A program made the translations under genes and the position numbers. This document shows, in pieces, positions 23,039-31,614 of a DNA stretch of 40,735 nucleotides. Source of the stretch: Cyanophora paradoxa CCMP329 (taxonomy: Eukaryota > Plantae > Glaucophyta); NCBI GenBank assembly GCA_004431415.1, contig QPMI01000371.1:1-40735 (forward strand), given 5' to 3'. Numbering within the stretch: the first letter of the stretch is position 1; the number at the start of each line of letters is the position of its first letter. The notes under the pieces are model-generated. The model did no database searches and was not told the DNA's origin. It worked only from the letters and a program-made list of their open reading frames with translations.

Positions 23039-23817
23039 ATGCCGGATGTGATAATCGACATCGCATCGCTCGCTCTGAACCCCGGCAAGCTCGGCGCCGT
23101 CATAGGCTCTATCCTCGACGCAAACGTGCGCCCTGCTGGTTGTGAACTCTGAGCGCCCCTTGACGGCGCCCCTTGTGAACTCAGTGGGACGCGTCGACCC
23201 AAACAACCGACATTTGTTCTGTAGCAGCTACGGAATGCGACGAGAACGCTCTTCCGTGCTGCTTCTGTCGGGCGGGCCGTGCGCGGCTGCCGCCGCAGCG
23301 GCGGGCTACGGAGGCGCTCCCTGTGCACCAGAGCGGATTTAGGCCTCGCTTCGGTCTGGAGTACTTCCAGTGCGTCCCTCCGCTCGCTGCAGCGTCCCTC
23401 CGCTCGCTGCAGCAGGCTCCCGGCCTCACTCCGCTGCCCAGCTGCCTGGCTTGCGGGCACTGCCTCCCGATGGGGAGCCTGGAGCACGACTGTTCGCGGG
23501 GCGCGATCGACAGCTTCTGCGCGGAATGCGACGGGGGTGATCTCTTCACGGAGGAGGGGCGGCTCGTGCAGCCCGGCGGAGATGGACCGGGACCTCCAGG
23601 CCGCCAGGTGAGTGAATTGACTAGTCGTAGTCAATTCACCTCTATATCGTGGTGCTTTCGCGGTGAGGTCGGGGATGTGCGGCGCGCTCGGCCGCTCACG
23701 GGTGGGGCGGCGGGAGCAGGGTTCGCGCGGCGGAGCGGCATCTGCCCGACGTGCTGGTCCGAGGCGCACGCCCTGGGGCCCGCCGAGTGCGACGCCCTCC
23801 CCCCGCCCCACTCCTAG
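23039..23817 (+). CDS. Small hypothetical Cys-rich (putative Zn-binding) protein; 3' exon structure uncertain
   Basis: Exon 23039-23125 (MPDVIIDIASLALNPGKLGAVIGSILDAN), intron 23126-23184 (GTGCGC..CAG) joining in frame to ORF 23323..23817, intron 23370-23441. Motifs CCFC, CLACGHC, CAEC, CPTC. Confidence 0.5.
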
Positions 23818-23950
23818 CCCCGCCCGAATGGCGTGCGCTGCGACGTGCACCGGCCGCGTGCGCGCGCGTGCAGCACCAGCTGAAGTAGGCAGAAGATCTG
23901 GCGAAACACGGCGAGACCATACAGATAGCACTAGTTGGGCAGCAGGAGAG

Positions 23951-24020
23951 CAGTTTCTGTAGCTATAGTTTAGGTAGCTAGACTCGATGCAGGTGTCAGT
24001 TTCTGTAGCTGTAGTCTAGG
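23951..24020. repeat. Imperfect 24-nt direct repeat in the convergent intergenic region
   Basis: CAGTTTCTGTAGCTATAGTTTAGG (23951-23974) vs CAGTTTCTGTAGCTGTAGTCTAGG (23997-24020). Confidence 0.8.
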
Positions 24021-24070
24021 ATATCTCCCAGGACGGGGCGGCGAGCGGAGGGAAGAAGGCGGCTCGGGGG

Positions 24071-26144
24071 CTAGTCGAGGACGAGGCGGGCGGCGGGGGG
24101 GCCGCCCTCGCGCCCGGGCCTGCGGGGCGACTCCCAGAGGAGACCCGCCACGGCGGACCAGAGCGGGCTCCCGCCGGCGCCCCCGGCCCCCTCCTTGGAG
24201 CCGCGTGCGGAGGCGGTGCGGGCGAGGCCCACGGAGCGGGGCCGGACGCGCTCGGTGCGCGGCCCGCCCGGCGTGGCGAGCGGCTGCGGGGCGGCGGGGA
24301 TCAGGATGTCGAGGTCTGCCGCCCCCGTCAGGCGCGCCGGGCGGCGGGGCGGGCGGGGGGCGCTCCGGCGCACCGCTGGCGAGGCGCGGGCTGGAGAGGA
24401 CGGAGACGGAGGAGAGGCCGGAGGAGGAGGAGGGGAGGAGGGGTGCGAGGCGGGCCCCGGCGAGGCGGCGCGCCCCGGGGCGGCGGTGTCACCTGAACTC
24501 GACGACGAGTGCGAGGGCCGCGGCGAGGCCGCGTTCAGCGGCGCCGGCGGCGGGGCGGGAGCGGCGGGGCGGCGGCGGGCGGGAGGGCGGGCGAGGGACG
24601 TCCGGGCGGCGTGCGGAGGCGCGGATGACGCAGTGGAGCTCGCAAGTCGACGGGCCTGCGCCGCCCGTCAGGCGGGGCCAGGGTGTGGGCGGGAGGAGCG
24701 GGCGAGGCGGGGCGGGCCGCCGCGGGGGTCGGTCATGGAGAGCCACTCCTCGATGCCGCCGGCGCGGAGGAGGGCGGCGAGGGGCACGAGGGCCCGGGCG
24801 ATGGGGAGGTCCATCAGCGCGCCCCGCTCCCACAGCTGCCGTCCGGCGGCCGTCGGGCCGGGGAGGCGGCGGAGCGCGGGGGGCGGGGGCGGGGGGGCGG
24901 GCCTCGAGGGAGACGTGCTCGGCGCCGAGGCCACGGGCGTCCACGCAGAGCGCCGTGTGCACCCGCGCCGCCTCCTCCCACACCGCCTCCGCCCCCGGCC
25001 GCGCTGCACGCCGCTCAGAAGGGGGGCACGGTGCGGCGCGCCGGCTGGGGCGCACTCTTGATGGAGGAGGAGAAGGAGGCGCGGCCGGCGCGGAGGAAGA
25101 CGTACGGGTTCGGGCGTCTGGGCGAGGGCTGAGCAGGGGGCAGGACGGGAGGGTCGGGCCGGCGGGGGCGCGGGAGGCACCCGAAGCGGGTGAGGAGGGG
25201 CAGGCCCCGGGCGGCGATGACGCGCACGTAGAGCGAGAGGACGTCGAGGGCGCCGCCCCCGCGCGGCGCCGGCGGCGTCGCCAGCCCCGACCGCGGCTTG
25301 CCGTCCGGCCTGGGGCTCCGGGGGCTGACGTTGGGGGAGGGGGCGAGGGTGCCGGCCCACTGGAGGGCCTCCGCCTCGGAGCCGGCGAAGAAGCTGGCGA
25401 CGAGGAAGACGCGCGCGAGCTGCGCCTCCCCCGCCCCGTCGTACAGCCGGTGCCAGCCCCCGAACGGCTCCGCGTACGAGTCCACGGGGATCGTCGTCTG
25501 CGCCGGCGGAAGCACTGGTGGGGGCGGCCGCGACTTGAGGAGGCGGCGCACGGGGCGGACCTGCGCGACGAGCTTGTCCCTGGGCCACCGCACGTCCATC
25601 ACCTCAATGTGTATCTGATGCACCGGCACGTCCTCGATGTGGGTGCTGCAGCGAGATGCCCCGGTCAGCCGGCCGCCGCGAAAAAACTACAAGCGAAGCG
25701 CGAGGAAACTGCAGAAGAAGCGAGACTGGCAGCGCCGCGCGCGCTCTGCACGAACAAGTGGAGCGATGAGTTGAAGGCGAGCACAGAGCGCTCGTCGTCG
25801 TCGTCCGCGTAGACTGTCAAATTGGGCGACCGCTTCTCGCGCCTGCAGGAGCCGAGGCCGATGCTCACGCGCACGTAAAGCTCCGCCTGGGCAAACCGAA
25901 TACGAATTACACAGCACGGAAACGAATTATTGACGCGCTCAGCTCGAGCTTGGTTATCGCGTACGTGCACGCGCAGCGAGAGTTTGCTCCGCACCGCTCC
26001 AAAAAGCCACGCAGAGCCGGCCAGACCATCGACTGTGAGCACTGCGGCACGCGACCACTCGTCAGAGCGGCGGCGCATGCGGCGGTAGGACCACTTCGGC
26101 GCACCAGAGACTTTGAGGTGACGCGGAGCGGCCGCGGCAGCCAT
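24071..26144 (-). CDS. Tandem C2-domain-like protein
   Basis: MAAAAAPRHLKVS/VLTVDGL../AELYVRVSIG..LAFNSSLHLF/..IHIEVMDVRWPRDKLVAQ/TTIPV..GWHRL (C2 #1); [11 protein letters not shown]../PNPYVFL..AVWEE..VSLE/LWERGALMDLPIARALVPL..EEWLSM (C2 #2). Confidence 0.65.
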
Positions 26145-26366
26145 ATTTGGGAGGCGGTTCAGCGGCGATTGCAGAGGCCTAGAGGGGCTGCGGCTTGGCG
26201 GGTAGTGCGAAGTTCGGGCAAGAGCTGGGGGATACGCGATTTCGGGAGGCAAACGGCAAAGATGCCGCGCATCACCGGCGCCGATTCGCACGCGTAGTAT
26301 TCATTTTAGGTTTAGTCCCTTCACTCTTGCAATCCCCAGCTCGGCGTGCGACGAGCGGCGGTGGCC

Positions 26367-28824
26367 ATGTCGCGCCCGAAAACCCCAGAGCGCGGCACCC
26401 AGCCACCGATGCTGGTTCTGGCCGGCGTCGCGGATGAAGCCCTCCGGGAGCAGTACATGCAGTTCCTGACGCTGGGAGGCGTCCAGTTCGTTCCGACTGC
26501 TGACGGCTTCTTCGTGGCCACCGTGCGGGTGCTGCTGGATGGAGAGAGCCCGCCTATGACGGCGCGACGACCGGAGCGGCTGGAGTCGCAGCCCGGAAGC
26601 CGCACGGCCTCCCCACACCATCATCACGGCGTCCCCTACGTCGAGGACCCTGCCGCGTTCTTCCAGAGCATACTCCGAGCCTATCCAGACGCGGAGCGCG
26701 ATCTCCGGTCGTCCAGCAGCCGCGCCCCGTCTACCAGGCCGCACTCCCCAAGCCACGCCAGCGCGCACAGCGCCGCCACCAGCGGCCGCTTGCCCGCGGC
26801 GCCGCGGCAGGGCGCCTCGCGGCCCTCGCCGCCGCGCCGCACCGCCGAGCCGCGGGCGTGCGTCGACCAGGCGGACATGGCGGCGCTGCACCAGTTCCCG
26901 AGCTTCTGCGCGGCGGCGGAGATCGGGCGGAGCGGGCCGCCGCCGGCGAGCAAGCGGCGCTCGCTCACCTGGCTCCTCCGCCTCATCGACGAGATCTACG
27001 ACGGTGCCCGCCGCCGCCCCGCGCGCCGCGCGCGCCGAGGCGGGGCGCCGCGCAGAGCGGATCGCGGTGGAGAAGATCGCGATGGCGCTGGAGGCGGACG
27101 AGTCGTACCAGCTGTGGCACGACCCGCACGAGGCGGGGCGCCTCGCCGAGCTCCGCTCCGCCTCCTTCCCCGCCTTCGTGCACCACGTCCTCAAGAAGAA
27201 GTTCGGGCTGCGGAGCCTGGTGGAGCAGGCGGCGGTGGACGTGGCGGCGACGGCGGACGCGGCGAGCGCGAGCCACCCGGCGGTGCGCGTCTTCGCCGGC
27301 TTCCTCTCGGAGCTCTTCGACCGGGAGGCCCTGGAGTTCTTCCTCGCCGCCCGCCGCTCCGCCCTCGTCGCCCTCCGCCGCTCCGCCCCGCCCCGCGACA
27401 CCGCCCTCAAGGCCCCCCGCGTCCCCGAGGAGATCGCCCGCGGCGTCGTCAGGACCGTCCTCGGCGGCACCTCCCTCGAGGCGGCGGCGCAGGCGGCGGT
27501 GCGGGTGCACCATGCGCGGCACCGGCGCCGCTTCGACTCGTACGTCATGGAGCTCCACGTCTTCCTCGACCTCCTCCTCGACCTCTTCATCCGGTCCGCC
27601 CCCGCCCCAGGCCCCGCCCCCGCCCCCGCCCCGCCTCACGCCGCGCCCGCCCCGCAGCGCCCAGTTCGAGGCGCGGTCGCCCCCCGCGCCCCGCCCCGCC
27701 TCTCCCGCCGGGCGGCTGACGTTGGGCCAGATGCGGGCGAGCCGGCCGGGGATCGCGCAGGAGACGATGGACCCGCGGGCCGGCGGGGCTCGCGCGGGGG
27801 CCCCGCCTCGCCGCCCCGCCACCCCTCGAGGCCGTCCGCGAGGACGACGCCGAGGAGGCCCCGCCCCGGCCCCCGCCCCGCCCCGGCCCCGGCCCCGGGC
27901 CGCCCGCAGCCCCCGCCGCCCCGCCCCGCCCCGCCCTCGGGCCCCCGGCCCGCGTCCCCGTCACCGCCCCTCCCGCCCCGGCACCCGCGCCCGTCCCCAG
28001 CTCCGCCCCCGCCCCGCCCCCGCCCCTGTCCCCGCCCCAGCCCCGTCACCGCACCTGGCCGCGGAGAGCGGGCAGCTCCGTGGCCGGCGGCGGCCGCCGC
28101 GGGGCCCGCCGGCTCGCCCGGGGCCTCGCGGAGCACGCACCCCGACTCGCCAGGCGTCGAGGGCCGCGCCGCCACCCGCGCCCCCGCCCCGCCAGCCCAT
28201 GCGCCGCTGCCGACCCCGGCCTCGCCCCACGCGGAGTCGCCGCCTCGCGTGGCGGGGGCGGGGGCGGGGCGGGGCGGACGGGAGCCCGCCGCGGACGCAG
28301 CCTTCAACGCCCCCGCGGCCGGCGGCGCGCCCCGCCCCCGCCTCCGACCAGTCGCCCCTCGACCAGTCGCCCCCCGCCCGCCTCGGCGTCTACCCGGTGA
28401 GCGCCGAGCTTTATTCTCGACCCTCGCCTCGCCCCCGGGGCCTGACGGGGCGGGGCCAGGCGACGCCGGTGGACGCGCCGCTGACGCCGCTGCGGGGGCC
28501 CCAGGGACGCCCCCGCCGGCGGCCCCGTCGCCGCCGAGCCCCAGCGCCGTCTGGCACCTCCGGGGCGGGGCGGCCCCCGGGAGCGCCCGCAAGTCGCCGC
28601 GGCGGGGGCGGGCGGGCCAGGGGGACGAGAGCGGGGGGTCGTACGATGGGGACGGGGAGCGGGCGGGGCCCGGGGGCGAGGGGCGGCCGCCCTCGGAGGT
28701 GGAGGAGGGGGAGATCCTCTCGGGCTCCGAGCAGGGGACCCCCGGCGGGGCGCCCGCCCCCTGGCACCCCCAGCGCCTCGCCTCCTCCGGCCCCTTCTTC
28801 GTCCGCTCCTACGCCCAGAGCTGA
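26367..28824 (+). CDS. Uncharacterised protein; central helical domain resembling the TSNAXIP1-type region of ciliary proteins, Pro-rich tail
   Basis: MSRPKTPERG..SLTWLLRLIDEIYD/ERIAVEK..SFPAFVHHVLKKKFGLRSLVEQAAVDV..HPAVRVFAGFLSELFDREALEFFL; ends PFFVRSYAQS*. The family resemblance is by eye only. Confidence 0.62.
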
Positions 28825-28973
28825 GCCCCGTCCCCCCGCCCCCGCCGCACCCCCGCCCCGCCGTGCTTGCGCGCATGCGTACTGGCTGCTTCTGAATGAA
28901 TGAAAGAAAGAAGAGCCCTGGAGGGAGAGCGAGGGGCACAGGCTCGCGGGGGGAGGGGGCCCGGGCGGGGGCC

Positions 28974-31392
28974 TCAGAGGGGCCCCGTGGAGATGCCGCC
29001 GCCGGTGGCGCAGCGGACGGAGACGTTGCCCGCGGGGTCGGCGACGGCGGGGCGGAAGGGCCCCGCCGCCTCGCTCTCCTCCCGCAGCAGGCCCTCGAGC
29101 GCATGAAAGGCCTCCCGCCGCCGCTCCTCCGCCCCCTTCTCGGGGGCCCCGCCCCCGGGGCGGGCGCCCCAGCCCTCGGCCGTCTCCCCGCCGAGGTAGC
29201 CCGAGCCCGGGGGGAGGGCGGCGAAGGAGAGGGAGCCGGCGGCGGCCCCGAAGGAGGCGCTCATGCCGGCGGCGTAGGCATAGCGGGCGAGGGCGCGCTG
29301 CTGCCGCGCCTCCGCCCGCACCGCCGCCGCCTGCTGCTTCGTCGCGATCCGCTGCTCGATCCGCCACCTGCCCGCCCCCGCCCCGGCCTCGGCGGGGGGC
29401 CGCGAGGAACGGGAGGGCGGGCGCGTGGGGGCGCACCCGGGGATGCGCCCGTCGGGGAGCGGGGCGGGGAGGGCGGGGGCCTGCTGCTCCCGCTCCTTGG
29501 CGATCTGGCGGAGGGACTTGGTCGGCACGCCGCCCCCGATCACGTGCGCCGGGCTCCGGCTCCGCGTCACGTCGAGCGCCCCCTCCGGGTGGTACGCTGC
29601 CGCGCCCTCCGTCAGCGGGCCGGGCGGGGGTGGGGGCTGGCGGGGCGCCGGCGGGGGGCGGACCGGGCCCCGGGGAGACGCTGGCGCCGAACTCGAGGCC
29701 GAGGCGCTGCGCGGTGGCCATCTTGACGCCCTTGGAGCGGGGCTTCACGAGGTACTCGCTGGGGCGGTACTTGGGGCCGGGCCCCGCGTCGTCGAGGCGG
29801 CCCTGCGTGAGCCACGCGCTCCGCTTCCAGAGCTCGTCGCCGTGGAGGGTGAAGGCGGGGCGGCTCCTCCCCACCGCCCGCACCCCCTCGCTCACGTCCA
29901 GCCCGGGGCCCGGCGAGGCCGCCCCGGGGTACGTCCCCGCGGGGTCCCGGCGGGCGGCGCGGCCGATGACGGTGCGGGGCGGGGAGCGGTGGACGGCCTC
30001 CTGCGGGGGGCCCCGGATGTCGAGCGCCGCCGGCCCCGGCGAGCACGCGATGTCCCGCTTCGTGTACACCGCGTGCCCGAAGCGCGTGGCGGGGCCGGTG
30101 GGGTTGACGGGGGGGCTGAGGACCTCGGCGGGGGGCCGGGAGGCGCGGGCGAAGGAGACGGGGCGGGCGGCGGGGATGCGGTTGGAGAGGACGGTGTTGG
30201 CGCGGTCCGGGTCGTACTGCGGGCCCGGCACGCCCTCGCGGTGCACCGAGGGGCGCAGGCCCGTGCCGAAGGAGGGGGCGTAGTGGGAGCGCCGCGTGAT
30301 GTCCACCGAGGGCAGGTACTGCGGCCCGGGGCTCTCCGTCGGCAGCTCCGGGAACTGCAGCGGGTACCGGTGGTGCGTCGACCACTCCTGCCGGCCGCAG
30401 GCGTCAGGCGGCGGGGGAGGGCGGGGCGGGCGGGGCGGGACGGGGGCGGACGGGGCGGTGGGGGTAGCGCTCGATGGGGGGGTGGACGAGGGCGTCGTAG
30501 GCGGCCTCCGAAGAGGAGCGCGGGCGCCGCGAGGACTGGCCCCCGGCTCCCGCCGAGGGCCCCGAGCGATGCGACGTCGACCGCAGCGAGCGCTGCGAGC
30601 GCTGCGAGGCGTCCACCCCCAGCGCCCCGCTGCCTCGCCCCGCCTCCTCCCCCTCCGCACCAGCGCCCGACTCCTCGATCAGGTAGCTCGCGAGCTCTGC
30701 GCGGCCCGTCAGCGGGCGGCGCCGGCGGTCGCGCGGCGGGGCGCACCGGCGATCGGCCCGTGCGCTCCCAGGCCCGGCTCGGACTGCGCCCGCCCGAGCT
30801 GCCGCGGTTCCGACGTTGACGCCGCCGCCGCCGTCGCTGGCGCCGCCGCTGGCGCCGTCTCCGACGTGGATGCCTCCGCCGGCGGGGCCGGGGCCGGGGC
30901 CGGGGCCGGGGCCGGGGCCGGGGCTGGGGGCGGGAGAGAGGGCGCGAGGTCGAGCTGCTGCGACGAGTCCGGCGGGGTGGGGTCCGCGAAGTGCGCGTGG
31001 GCGTGATCCAGCCGCCGCTGCGACTCCGGCGCCCCCTGCGCCTCCTCCTCCGCCTCGTTCCCCGGCACAAAGAGCACCACAGCACTCCGCGCTGTCCTCG
31101 CCGTCTCCTCGCGGGCGCTCGCCAGCTGCTGCGTGGCATCGGGCTGCGCTGCTGTCGCCTCCACCGCCTCCTCCCTGAGCTGAGCCCCGTCGTCGTCTTC
31201 CTCCGCTTCAGAATCCGCGCCCGCGCTCCTTCTGCTTGGGGACGCGGCCTCGAAGTCATCTTCGTACGCCATGGACTTGCTAGCATCCACGCCATCCGGG
31301 TCCGCCTCAGCCTCACCAGCCTCAGCGTCCCGCTCCGCGGACGGCTGCTGCTCCGCCTCCTCCTCGCGCGGGGCTTCGTCCGGCTCGCTCAT
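28974..31392 (-). CDS. SHIPPO/sperm-tail PG-rich repeat (ODF3-like) protein with acidic N-terminus
   Basis: ATG at 31392 (MSEPDEAP). Repeated SPGPQY, VPGPQYD, SPGPAA, SPGPG, GPGPKY units, most followed by PSFG/PVSF/PAFT-type motifs typical of SHIPPO repeats. Confidence 0.75.
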
Positions 31393-31614
31393 TACTCTGC
31401 TGTGCCAGCGCCGCTGACTGTAGCTGCCGCTTGCTGGCTTCACGCGTTGGCTCAAATGGGAGGTCCGCGCTCTAATTTGCTCACTCGGTGCGTTTGTCTA
31501 CCCCGGTCGTCTAAAGAGCCTCTACCCCCTTCACGTCTGAGCGAGATGCTTATGTTGCGAGGCCTGGAACGATCCAGGCGATAGCGCCCGAGCCGGGAGC
31601 ACGACGAATCAGAG

